NCBI GenBank assembly: GCA_965214095.1
Contig: OZ243938.1
Coordinates: forward strand, 2,368,001 to 2,432,000
Direction of reading: 5' to 3'
From: Candidatus Poribacteria bacterium
GTDB lineage: Bacteria; Poribacteria; WGA-4E; WGA-3G
DNA length: 64,000 nt
The first letter of the stretch is position 1. The number at the start of each line of letters is the position of its first letter. The translations under genes and the position numbers were made by a program. The notes under the pieces are model-generated. The model saw only the letters and a program-made list of their open reading frames with translations, was not told where the DNA came from and ran no database searches. Shown one piece after another: positions 1 to 9,236 of the stretch.

Positions 1-1
1 A

Positions 2-646
2 GATTATGCTTATGTTCAGATGCAGATGAAAAACCTTACATCAGCGAAGCAAACATATCTGCAAGTGCTTGAATTAGAACCTGTTTCAAGGCAAGCATTG
101 CTACATCTCGGTATGATAACAGCACAACTTGGGAAGCGAGGTGAAGCAGAATCTCACTTTCTTACACTTATTCAACACGATCCAGACTTCATGGATACGT
201 ACTCACAGCTTGCCAATCTCCGTGAAACGTCAAATAATCTCAGAGGTGCTGAAAATGCACTTACGATGGGAATTCAGCATCAACCTACATGGGCACCAGG
301 ATATTGGTGGCGTGGACAGATTTACCAAAAACTTGGTGACGCATCCAAGGCTGAGTCAGATTTTCGCCGTGCCATCCGACTCGCCCCTGACATCCCATTT
401 CCAAAAGATGCTTTAGCTGCACAACTCGCGAAAGAAAATAGATCGCTTGATGAAGCGCGAACACTTGCTGAAGCTGCTGTGACAAGTGATAACAGACCCA
501 CACATATCGCAACGTTGGCACTTGTCTATTACCGTCTCAAACGGATATCTGACGCGCAACGCGAAATAAAGAAGGCTCATTCACAAGATCCAAAGAACCC
601 TTATATTCTACAAATTCGTTCAGAAATTCTACAGATTGATAATTAG
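2..646 (+). CDS. TPR-repeat protein, 5'-partial
   Basis: Frame open from position 2; several TPR-like helical repeats (ALLHLG, GYWWRGQIY, TLALVYYRL). Confidence 0.85.
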   Translation, partial: DYAYVQMQMKNLTSAKQTYLQVLELEPVSRQALLHLGMITAQLGKRGEAESHFLTLIQHDPDFMDTYSQLANLRETSNNLRGAENALTMGIQHQPTWAPGYWWRGQIYQKLGDASKAESDFRRAIRLAPDIPFPKDALAAQLAKENRSLDEARTLAEAAVTSDNRPTHIATLALVYYRLKRISDAQREIKKAHSQDPKNPYILQIRSEILQIDN

Positions 647-680
647 TGCAAAAATACTAGTGGAGTGTCCATTCGGACAT

Positions 681-764
681 TGTAGGTCGGGTAGAGGCAC
701 GAAACCCGACTTTATTGATGATAGATGGCTGCATGTCGGGTTTCGTGCCTCTACCCGACATACA
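681..764. repeat. REPIN-like inverted pair of GTAG-type REP hairpins (family D)
   Basis: GTAGGTCGGGTAGAGGCACGAAACCCGAC at 682-710 and a near-perfect reverse complement at 735-763. Confidence 0.8.
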
Positions 765-893
765 AGATTAGTGTAGACAGAACAATAGATAGTGTTTACA
801 TCTGAAAAGTTTAACATTTACATAATATTTTAGTAGTCTGTATTCATGAAGGACATTAGTTAATAATCATATACCACACCGAAAGGAAAATCA

Positions 894-1616
894 ATGAATT
901 GCCTTGATTATGGACTTTCTTTCATCAACTCTGTTGGCAACGGAAACGCGCCTCGCTTTTGGGTCGAATCTCGATGTCGCATCATAGATAACACAGATGG
1001 AAGTTTTAGCGATTATTACCAATGTGGTTCGTGTAAGAGTGAACACACCTTTGCAGAGAAAAACCTCTTCACAAATCCAAACTATGACTTCCTCCCTGTT
1101 TTTGGTGAAGAACATATAGCGGTATTCAGAAGGCATGCATACTGTAACGATAACTATGTCGAGTATAGACCAGCACAAAATTATTGGGGAGGTCCCCTGT
1201 TTGATGTTCAAGAGGCATCGCAGGTCAGGGTCCTTGATAGCAACGCAGACATTTTAGAGGCGACACAAAAATGTCTACCCATCGTAACACACACAGAAAT
1301 ATGGGATACCAATACACGGCAGCGGGCAATTATTGAGTGTCCAGTTAAAACGATGAACATAGACGAAAACGCATGCCTGTACCAAGTTGATACAGGAATT
1401 GTTCTGTTTCCAGATCTGTCAAAGCGATACGATCGGCAGATAGAGACGTTCAGCCTCGCTTACGTTGCTTTCAACGCATCGCACTTCGCTGACTTCGTTA
1501 TTGAACGTCCCACTGCCATCATCAAAAATGGAGTGGAAGTTGCCCAAGTTTACCACTATTCCGAAGTTCGGAGTTTAGAAGCAAAGAATACCGTGTTCTG
1601 CATCGGTCAACTTTGA
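894..1616 (+). CDS. Hypothetical protein with CxxCKSEH motif
   Basis: 240-aa ORF preceded by AAGGA Shine-Dalgarno (SD); no family recognised. Confidence 0.8.
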   Translation: MNCLDYGLSFINSVGNGNAPRFWVESRCRIIDNTDGSFSDYYQCGSCKSEHTFAEKNLFTNPNYDFLPVFGEEHIAVFRRHAYCNDNYVEYRPAQNYWGGPLFDVQEASQVRVLDSNADILEATQKCLPIVTHTEIWDTNTRQRAIIECPVKTMNIDENACLYQVDTGIVLFPDLSKRYDRQIETFSLAYVAFNASHFADFVIERPTAIIKNGVEVAQVYHYSEVRSLEAKNTVFCIGQL

Positions 1617-1656
1617 CAGACACTCCATAAACGTCAATTTAGCATCCTTCCAAGTA

Positions 1657-1755
1657 CCGGTAGGTTCGGTTTCCTAACCGAACCAGCTTTGTGCCAAATA
1701 CCTTCATAGAGGTTCTCGCACAGGTTCCGTGCGGTTAGGAAACCGCACCTACCGG
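1657..1755. repeat. REPIN (family A, GTAG + GGTTCGGTT-TCCT-AACCGAACC hairpin, inverted pair)
   Basis: Hairpin at 1660-1684 and inverted partner ending CTAC at 1752; tail CCGGCCTGGG(G)AAAACGCCTA shared with the copy at about 25445. Confidence 0.8.
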
Positions 1756-2049
1756 CCTGGGGAAAACGCCTATGGTGAGCTTTGACATACACTCCCGCAG
1801 GATTCATTTCCCGACAATTTTGGTGATGAAATGTTAACTTAACGTAACAATTTAAACCAAATGTGCGTTGTATAAAATTAAATACTTGAAAAAAAAAGTG
1901 AATTATGTTAACATTATAATAGGTTGTGTAGTACATAAACTTGAAGAGTGACTAACATAAAACGACTTTTTACTATAAAGTCTCAATAATAGATACGTAA
2001 CTCTTCTTCAATTATTACTTTAGAATTCTATAGATAAGGAGCATTAATA

Positions 2050-2715
2050 ATGCTAAAATTTCAGATATCCCTTATTCTTATTTTAATAGGTTGTATGGCT
2101 ATTATGTCTTGCAGCCGGACACATGATGCATTAGAGGATGTCATGATGGATCCTGAACCAGAAATGATGGATGATTACAAGTCATGGGAACATGCTATGC
2201 TTGCTGGAGCAGTAATGGACTTTGGAGGCGAGGCTCACGATTTAGGGGCACGTATAATCTATTTTAACGAAGCCGCTGCTACAGCTAACAAGGATGGCAC
2301 AGATTACCCTGTTGGTTCTGTAATTGTCAAAGAATCCATGGATACAGCAAACACATTTATCTCACAGATTTCAACGATGACGAAAATCGATTCTGCAGAT
2401 AATGATGGTTGGGAATACGGTGTAAGTGGTCCTCCTGCTGCAACAGCAGAAGAGTTGATGATGACAAATCAACTTACTGCAGAAATGGGTATGCAAGCCT
2501 GCCATTTTTGCCATGCAAAAGCCCCCGATGGTAAATCTGTCTTCGTTTCGCTTAAAATGGATGAAGAAATGATGGAAGGCATGGGTGAAGGCACCGAAGG
2601 TATGGGTGAAGGCACCGAAGACAACGGCGATGGCAACGGTGGTACTAACGGCGATGGCAACGGTGGTACTAACGGCAATGGCAACGGTGGTAACGAAGAC
2701 CACGGCAGTGCCTAA
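2050..2715 (+). CDS. Cytochrome P460-like c-type cytochrome lipoprotein with low-complexity tail
   Basis: AGGAG SD, lipobox-like IMSC, YPVGSVIVKE...GWEY...CHFCH (late CxxCH), Met/Gly/Asn repeat tail. Confidence 0.7.
   Translation: MLKFQISLILILIGCMAIMSCSRTHDALEDVMMDPEPEMMDDYKSWEHAMLAGAVMDFGGEAHDLGARIIYFNEAAATANKDGTDYPVGSVIVKESMDTANTFISQISTMTKIDSADNDGWEYGVSGPPAATAEELMMTNQLTAEMGMQACHFCHAKAPDGKSVFVSLKMDEEMMEGMGEGTEGMGEGTEDNGDGNGGTNGDGNGGTNGNGNGGNEDHGSA
2575..2692 (+). repeat. Coding tandem repeats: 21 bp x2 (EGMGEGT) and 24 bp x3 (NGDGNGGT)
   Basis: Directly visible at 2575-2616 and 2623-2692. Confidence 0.9.
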
Positions 2716-2739
2716 AACATCTCACATTACATACAACAG

Positions 2740-2789
2740 AATCGGATTGGTAGAACATTGAGTTGTTCCCAATCCGATTTTTATTTTTT
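2740..2789 (+). terminator. Probable intrinsic terminator
   Basis: AATCGGATTGG...CCAATCCGATT stem followed by a T-rich tract, just after the cytochrome stop codon. Confidence 0.65.
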
Positions 2790-2876
2790 CAAATCTCAGT
2801 AGGTGTGGTTTCCTAACCAATTCAGAATACCAGAGGTGTATTCTGACATAAACATCAATTAAGTGAATTTCTTTTA

Positions 2877-2950
2877 TCTGAATCTCGGATTTGCACGGAT
2901 GACTCTTATCCTGCAAATCTACTAATCCTGAAAATCCTGGTTCAGACAAT
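2877..2950. repeat. AATCCTG/GGTTCAGACAA repeat (family C)
   Basis: ATCCTGCAAATCTACTAATCCTGAAAATCCTGGTTCAGACAAT at 2908-2950; related copies at 27564-27769, 31704-31763 and 44726-44759. Confidence 0.8.
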
Positions 2951-2983
2951 AAGGAATACAAACCAATAACAAGAAACGCGTTA

Positions 2984-3076
2984 GTAGTCGCGCAATTCAT
3001 TGCGCCTCTTACATTCGACAATTGAAGATAAAACTACAAATGCACAATGATACCTTATCTATTAGAAATGGTATAA
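2984..3076. repeat. Partial MITE: family B REP plus right terminal inverted repeat (TIR) TAGAAATGGTA
   Basis: Nearly colinear with 6576-6669; left TIR not found. Confidence 0.7.
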
Positions 3077-3092
3077 CTGCAAACATTCGGCG

Positions 3093-3121
3093 TTGCTTTG
3101 GAAGGTGTTATATGGTAAAAT
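3093..3121 (+). promoter_or_regulatory. Putative sigma70 promoter of ackA
   Basis: TTGCTT-17 bp-TAAAAT with TG extended -10. Confidence 0.45.
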
Positions 3122-3221
3122 ATTCCGTATATTGATTATCTCACTAATCCAATAAGCGGTGAATCTTCAGATTCGCTACAAATGATACACGTTACACATA
3201 AGAATTGAAACACAAACCACC

Positions 3222-4418
3222 ATGCATATACTCTGCGCCAACGTAGGAAGCACCTCGTTCAAATACCAAATCCTTGACATGAAAACGACGACCTCCCTCG
3301 TCAAAGGTGGGATAGACCGTATCGGCAATTCACCGTCTGCCTATACACACGCCGTACCGGGCAAACCAGCACGTGAGGGTGAAATTGATGCACCGTCTCA
3401 CATTGACGCAATTGCACATGCCATGCAACTCATCACTGATCCTGAAGTCGGTTGTCTAACTGACCTAAACGAATTGGATGGAGTTGGTTTCAAAACTATT
3501 CTCGCCAAAGGATATTGGCGTTCTGCACGGATTACTGAGGATGTTATCGACGCATTAGAAGCATCCACTCCGCTTGCCCCGATGCACAATCCATTCTATA
3601 TAGCCTCCATCCGTGCATTTCAAGAACTCCTCCCGACTACACCACTTGTTGCTGTTTTTGAGACGTGGTTTCATCAAACCATACCAGATTATGCCTACGA
3701 ATTCGGTGTGCCTCGTTTCTGGGTAGAAAAGCACGGTATTCGCAAATACGGGTTCCACGGCGCATCTCATCGTTACATCTCCGAACGCGTGCCGCAAATT
3801 CTCGGTCGTGAAAATGATGATGGACTTCGGATTATCTCCTGTCACCTCGGTGGGAGTTCCTCTATCTGCGCTATCAAAGACGGCAAATCTATTGACACGT
3901 CAATGGGAGCATCAACACAATACGGTATGATACAATCCACCCGTTGCGGTGATTTAGATGCTTTCGCTGTCCTATATCTGATGGACAAAGAAGGATTTTC
4001 TACCGATGAAATACGTCGACAACTGATAGATGAATCGGGGGTGAAAGGCATCTCTGGTACAAGTGGTGATATGCGCGATGTGGAATCGGAAATTCAAGAA
4101 GGTAACGACAGCGCACGTTTAGCATTAGATACTTATGTATATGGCGTAAAAAAGTATATCGGTGCGTATATCGCTGCACTCGGTGGGGTTGATGTAATTG
4201 CATTTGCTGGAGGTATCGGAGAAAAAAGTGCAATAACACGGTCAAAAATCTGTGATGGACTTGACTGGTGCGGTATCCATTTAGACTCTGAAAAGAATGA
4301 CAAATGCTCTGGAGAAGGTGACCTTTCAGCAGAAAACAGTCGGACTAAAATACTTGTTGTATCTACAAATGAGGAACTTATCGTATCGCGTGAAACAGCA
4401 CGTGTGTTGTCTGAGTAA
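3222..4418 (+). CDS. ackA: Acetate/propionate kinase
   Basis: NVGSTSFKY, YGFHGASH, CHLGG, STRCGD, FAGGIGE and TNEE motifs. Confidence 0.92.
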   Translation: MHILCANVGSTSFKYQILDMKTTTSLVKGGIDRIGNSPSAYTHAVPGKPAREGEIDAPSHIDAIAHAMQLITDPEVGCLTDLNELDGVGFKTILAKGYWRSARITEDVIDALEASTPLAPMHNPFYIASIRAFQELLPTTPLVAVFETWFHQTIPDYAYEFGVPRFWVEKHGIRKYGFHGASHRYISERVPQILGRENDDGLRIISCHLGGSSSICAIKDGKSIDTSMGASTQYGMIQSTRCGDLDAFAVLYLMDKEGFSTDEIRRQLIDESGVKGISGTSGDMRDVESEIQEGNDSARLALDTYVYGVKKYIGAYIAALGGVDVIAFAGGIGEKSAITRSKICDGLDWCGIHLDSEKNDKCSGEGDLSAENSRTKILVVSTNEELIVSRETARVLSE

Positions 4419-4451
4419 TCCTATCTGTGAACTATCAATAACACTGCTTTC

Positions 4452-5228
4452 CTACATCAAATATTCCCGTTCTTGAAAAATACGGATAGCAAGCCACATC
4501 ACACCAATCGTGAGCAAACCAACCACTAACGCAGCAACCCACACTGCAGGCGGCGTATCTCCTAATAGATTTTCAAGGATGTCCCCACCTAATCTATATT
4601 CTGGAAATAAAGTCATCAGGTAATGTTTATATGCCAACCTTTTGATACCAATTGGCATTCCAGGGATTGCTGTAACTATCTCCCACCCGAACACAAAGAG
4701 CAGCATCCAGATCACCGGTTGCTGAAACCGCGTGGATATTAGCACTGCTAACGTCCCATAAGCTAACAATCCTAACGATAACGAACCGGTGTACACGAAG
4801 CTCATGCCTATTACTAACAAACGCTTTCTGAGTTTGGGATGTGTCTCAATAATCCCCGTCAATAGTAGATGGGAAACCGTAATAAGGACAACAGTTCCGA
4901 TCAAGTATGCTGCAAATTTGGTTAGCAGTAGCAACGGTTTTTTGATGGGCCGCATCTGAAGATATGTCAACCCTCTGCCTTCCACCTCATCAGAAACGAT
5001 TGCTGTCCCGTAAAAGATCGCACATATATTGGTCAAAAACCCATATAAGTAAAAGGTAATGTTAGGAATAAAGGAGTTCACGGCTGATGCGCGGTCTACA
5101 TAAAACCGAAATATAATTGCGATGACAAGCGGCAGAATACATCCCGATAGGATCAGGAGTCCTCGCTTAGAGAAGAACAACTGACGGAGTGTTAGTTTGA
5201 AGATGGCAAAATATACAGGAAATGACAT
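4452..5228 (-). CDS. ABC-2 type transporter permease
   Basis: About 6 hydrophobic segments and a SDEVEGRGLTYLQMRP...TKF loop motif. Confidence 0.8.
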   Translation of the reverse strand: MSFPVYFAIFKLTLRQLFFSKRGLLILSGCILPLVIAIIFRFYVDRASAVNSFIPNITFYLYGFLTNICAIFYGTAIVSDEVEGRGLTYLQMRPIKKPLLLLTKFAAYLIGTVVLITVSHLLLTGIIETHPKLRKRLLVIGMSFVYTGSLSLGLLAYGTLAVLISTRFQQPVIWMLLFVFGWEIVTAIPGMPIGIKRLAYKHYLMTLFPEYRLGGDILENLLGDTPPAVWVAALVVGLLTIGVMWLAIRIFQEREYLM

Positions 5229-5330
5229 AAGTGAGTCTTTATGATGGTTTAGTGTCTTTACATGTTATAGTAACATATAAATACAGATTTTTGCAAACCT
5301 TTGTTGATAGATTATGTAGAGTTTTCGTAT

Positions 5331-5465
5331 TGTAGTAAAAATCATAATTATTTACACACGACGGTAGGTTCGGTTTCCTAACCGAACCGGTGTATGTTCA
5401 GTTACATAGATACGGTTAGGAAACCGCATCTACCGGGAATGTGCACATATTTTGATTTCACTATA
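5331..5465. mobile_element. MITE-like shell (TRTAGTRAAA TIRs) containing a family A REPIN
   Basis: Close reverse complement of 31366-31503; REP pair at 5364-5433. Confidence 0.7.
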
Positions 5466-5510
5466 ATATTATTTCTAAATGATAATTTGCCATTACCAAG
5501 ACACGCGTTT

Positions 5511-5577
5511 GTAGTCGTGCAATTCATTGCACCTCTTTTACTACTGAATGTCCGAAGCGCATGAATCGTGCGACTAC
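5511..5577. repeat. REPIN (family B inverted pair)
   Basis: GTAGTCGTGCAATTCATTGCAC at 5511-5532 and GCGCATGAATCGTGCGACTAC at 5557-5577. Confidence 0.75.
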
Positions 5578-5630
5578 GAACCTTCTATTTCTTGTCTGTA
5601 GTGATAGAGGTGGTAAATTTGAGAATATCT

Positions 5631-5658
5631 TTGACAAGAGACTTGCGTTTGGTATAAT
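5631..5658 (+). promoter_or_regulatory. Sigma70 promoter of the amidohydrolase gene
   Basis: TTGACA-16 bp-TATAAT with TG extension, 33 bp upstream of the ATG. Confidence 0.7.
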
Positions 5659-5691
5659 AACTACATAGTCTATGAATATGAAAGGATTCCC

Positions 5692-6531
5692 ATGCTTAAA
5701 ATAATTGACACACACCAGCACCTATGGGATACATCTCACTTACCATATCCGTGGTTAGATGGATTTGACTTACTCAAGCAGCAATATACACCACAAGATT
5801 ATCGTGACGCAATTGGAGATATTAACGTCGTCAAATCGGTGCACGTTGAAGGTGATCCTGCCGAAACACATGTCGTGCAAGAAGTGGAATGGCTAACGCA
5901 CATCGCAGAAACAGATGGTATGATAGGTGCAATTGCCGCTGCTGCGCCACTTGAAGAGCCAGACGTTGAATCTACACTTGAACAACTTGCAGGGTTTGAA
6001 CTTGTTGTCGGTGTTAGACGGATGGCATGGCACCGTCCAGACAATCAATTTTATGCTACTCCAGAACTGATTAATGGCGTGAAATTATTAGCAAAATACG
6101 ATCTCTCTTTTGAACTCTGTGCGAAACACGACCAACTTCCCGCTGCCCTTGACTTAGTAAAAGCCACGCCAGAGGTTAGACATGCTGTGAACCACTGCGG
6201 TGGCCCCAATATAAAAGACGGCGAGTTTGAACCGTGGGCAACCCACATGCGCAAACTCGCCGCCTTTGATAATGTCCTGTGCAAAGTGTCTGGAATTGTA
6301 ACAACTGCCAGTGAAAACTGGACATCCGATGAACTCAAACCTTACATCAGACATCTCGTTGATGCCTTTGGTTATGACCGTCTGATGTTTGGTAGCGATT
6401 GGCCTGTATGCACTTTAGCTGCCGAATATCAGATGTGGTTCAACACACTTCTCTCGGCTATTGACGATGCATCCGATTCGGAGAAAGACCTATTCTTCTA
6501 CCAAAACGCTTTAGAGTTCTATAAGATGTAA
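5692..6531 (+). CDS. Amidohydrolase_2 family protein (L-fuconolactonase-like)
   Basis: IIDTHQHLWD, VNHCGGP, LCKVSG, FGSDWPV. Confidence 0.88.
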   Translation: MLKIIDTHQHLWDTSHLPYPWLDGFDLLKQQYTPQDYRDAIGDINVVKSVHVEGDPAETHVVQEVEWLTHIAETDGMIGAIAAAAPLEEPDVESTLEQLAGFELVVGVRRMAWHRPDNQFYATPELINGVKLLAKYDLSFELCAKHDQLPAALDLVKATPEVRHAVNHCGGPNIKDGEFEPWATHMRKLAAFDNVLCKVSGIVTTASENWTSDELKPYIRHLVDAFGYDRLMFGSDWPVCTLAAEYQMWFNTLLSAIDDASDSEKDLFFYQNALEFYKM

Positions 6532-6666
6532 TACCACTTCTAAATAAAAACTACTCATTATCAAAACAGACGCTCGTAGTCGCGCAATTCATTGCGCCTC
6601 GGACATTCAGCAAATTGAGGATAAATCTACAAATGCCCAATGATACCTTATCTATTAGAAATGGTA
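6532..6666. mobile_element. 135-bp MITE carrying a family B REP, flanked by TAA/TAA
   Basis: TIRs TACCACTTCTA and TAGAAATGGTA; the left TAA (6529-6531) is the stop codon of the upstream gene. Confidence 0.8.
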
Positions 6667-6678
6667 TAAGTATTCACA

Positions 6679-8628
6679 CTACGGTGTAATCAATATAGGT
6701 TCAACACCTTGTGATTCCTGAATTTGTTGCTTCAGTGCTGATGCTTCAGACCTATCTGTAAATGTTCCGATTGTCACACGATGCATCGCTTGTCCGTTGA
6801 CCGTAACTGTGTAAATCTTTACTGTCTCATTCGGATATAGTCGTTGTAGATTTTCAGACAACATATTCGCATTACGCCTTTCACCGAAAGAACCAACCAT
6901 CAATGTTAATTTAGGTGTATCATTCACCGTCTGTGTTTCGCCACTTGTGCTTCCACTACCGAATTGCAGTTGTGTTTGCTGAGTACTCTGATTACCAGCA
7001 GCATCTTGAACATTTAATGTAAATTTATAGGTTGTCGTTGTCAATTGTGGGACCTTCGTTAGAACAATCGTTTCAGGTGGTGCACCTACACCTTCACTGT
7101 TTTCAACGAGGTTGTTATTTGTATCAAATATCTCAAGTTTCCAATTGGCAATTTGATTGATTTCCCACACTTTCACACCAACGCTTTTGACACCAGTTTT
7201 TGAAAGTTCAATTGTTGTTGGAATTAGGTCTACCGTGAGTTTTTTGCTGTTCCTGAGATGCACATTTCCTTGTGCATCAACAATATGCAATTGAAGGACG
7301 TAATCCCCATCCGGAACTAATTTTCCATCATTTCCCATACCGTTCCAATCAATATCCGCTTGCGGTGAACCGGTTCCAGTTTTTTCCCAAACCGCTTCTG
7401 TATAGGCATCGCGTAACGTCAATTTCCATGTTTCATTCGCTCTCGCTTTGAAACGGAATGTAGTGCTATCCTTAATTCCATCACTATTTGGAGAAATTGC
7501 AACTTCAGTGAGTTCCAATTCATCTGGAGACCCTACAGGTTTCGCATCAGGATTTAACGTTTTCGGCATGAGAATCGTAGATGCTGTTTGTGTATCGGCT
7601 GTATTTTGGGTTTTTATATCCACGGTCGCTTCAGTCGTATCGGGTTTAGTTGGAGCAGATTTGCGTCTATTTTCGCCCCATCGTAACGTTGCTGTAATCC
7701 AGTGTAGGCTTTGGTCTAACTCACCACCACTGACATGTGCATAATCCAACTGTCCGGATGCATTCCGAAAACTTATGCCCTGTGTCCACTGTCCAGCACT
7801 GAATCTATCGGATGCGGTTAGTGCTGTATATCCTACCCGTACCCCGAAGTGATTGTTGAATAGCCACCGTTCTGCACCAAAGTGTAACCGCAGACGTTCA
7901 CCCCATTCGGCATTGTTCTGTCCACGAATAGCAAAATCTGCAGATAACAAGGTTGCTCTGTCCGGACGATATGTAGTTCCGAAACGTGCTGCTAACGGAA
8001 GGCTTTCATTTACCGGTTCAATCAACTCACCATTACCATTCCGTATCCCGTTGCTTAATTCAGATAGATTCATACCGAAGGTAATAGAATCACCCAATTT
8101 TTCCAACGGATACGTGAATTGCATGCCAATATCCATGCTCCAGAGAAACTTGTTTATATCCGGTTCATTGTTCTGAAAGTAGCGTAGGTTTGCGCCTGCG
8201 GATGCCTGTGGTCCCAATGCTAATCCGTAACCTAAAAGCACAATCTGTGTCGACTCATTGTTGGTATTGCTCCAACCGTTGAACCAGGATGCAAGAGATA
8301 GACTTCCGACATTTTTATTTGTTAAACCCAATGTGTATGGACTCGCTGATAGCGAGAACGCCTGATCTGGTCCTGACGGTTCCCCAGAAAACGGAATCGC
8401 CCCCATATTTACTTCCAATCCATTCATAAATCCAAGTGAAGAGGGGTTCCATAGAAAGCCGTTATTTGTGGAGGGTCCCGCTGTGAATGCACTCCCCATG
8501 CCAACCGCACGAGCACTCGCACCGACAAAAATATCACGATGGTCTATTCCAGAAGAACCTTCTGTGACCATCACATTTCCTAACATAAATACTACAAAAC
8601 TGATCATAACAAGAGTTTTCAGTCTCAT
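6679..8628 (-). CDS. Outer-membrane PorV/FadL-like barrel + FlgD-like Ig domain + C-terminal SPOR domain
   Basis: Signal peptide, ARAVGMGSAF...WNPSSL barrel start, ISPNSDG...WNG...VPDGDY Ig motif, VGSF...NA...HRVTIGTF SPOR motif. Confidence 0.7.
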   Translation of the reverse strand: MRLKTLVMISFVVFMLGNVMVTEGSSGIDHRDIFVGASARAVGMGSAFTAGPSTNNGFLWNPSSLGFMNGLEVNMGAIPFSGEPSGPDQAFSLSASPYTLGLTNKNVGSLSLASWFNGWSNTNNESTQIVLLGYGLALGPQASAGANLRYFQNNEPDINKFLWSMDIGMQFTYPLEKLGDSITFGMNLSELSNGIRNGNGELIEPVNESLPLAARFGTTYRPDRATLLSADFAIRGQNNAEWGERLRLHFGAERWLFNNHFGVRVGYTALTASDRFSAGQWTQGISFRNASGQLDYAHVSGGELDQSLHWITATLRWGENRRKSAPTKPDTTEATVDIKTQNTADTQTASTILMPKTLNPDAKPVGSPDELELTEVAISPNSDGIKDSTTFRFKARANETWKLTLRDAYTEAVWEKTGTGSPQADIDWNGMGNDGKLVPDGDYVLQLHIVDAQGNVHLRNSKKLTVDLIPTTIELSKTGVKSVGVKVWEINQIANWKLEIFDTNNNLVENSEGVGAPPETIVLTKVPQLTTTTYKFTLNVQDAAGNQSTQQTQLQFGSGSTSGETQTVNDTPKLTLMVGSFGERRNANMLSENLQRLYPNETVKIYTVTVNGQAMHRVTIGTFTDRSEASALKQQIQESQGVEPILITP

Positions 8629-8742
8629 TTTATTAACTCCATCTATTTTTTCTTTTGTGCAATTTGAAGGTAAATTCCCTCTGTAATTTTAACGCCTAAG
8701 TAGTATAGTTGGGTACAAGTGATATTTTGGTGAGTGTGATTA

Positions 8743-8845
8743 TATAGTGAATTATAAATATAAGTTGACACTTTCGACCCACGGTAGGCGAGGTTTCCTA
8801 ACCTCGCCGATGCAGAGGGTTCAAGTAATTTCAAAATCTACTATA
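8743..8845. repeat. TATAGT...ACTATA-bounded element with a single family A REP
   Basis: GTAGGCGAGGTTTCCTAACCTCGCC at 8784-8808. Confidence 0.6.
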
Positions 8846-8933
8846 AAAAGGTTTTTACACACTTAATAATTCCCTTGCCTCAAGCCATTAAATATGAGAA
8901 AATAGACTAAACAATACATACAGGAGTGAAACA

Positions 8934-9230
8934 GTGGAAGAGATACGAGAACTTGCGACGTTATTAGAATCAGGGATTGCTGAATACGATGATCAGTTGA
9001 AAATCTTGCAATCAGAACGACTAAAATATATCCGACTGTCAATGACAAACGGGTTCGGTAAGGAAGATGGTGATTCCAAAGAGTCTTGGTTATTACATCT
9101 TAAGCAACTTGAAGATTCATTGTCCCTTCGCCTCAGAGCATTGAAGCAAGCGATCGTGGACTCCGCTTTATCTTTCCAACAATCCGAAGCAGCGAAACCA
9201 GAAGCAGAGAAACCAGAAGAAAAAAAATAA
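8934..9230 (+). CDS. Small coiled-coil hypothetical protein
   Basis: AGGAG SD and GTG start; ends 6 bp before the next gene. Confidence 0.75.
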   Translation: MEEIRELATLLESGIAEYDDQLKILQSERLKYIRLSMTNGFGKEDGDSKESWLLHLKQLEDSLSLRLRALKQAIVDSALSFQQSEAAKPEAEKPEEKK

Positions 9231-9236
9231 TCAACA

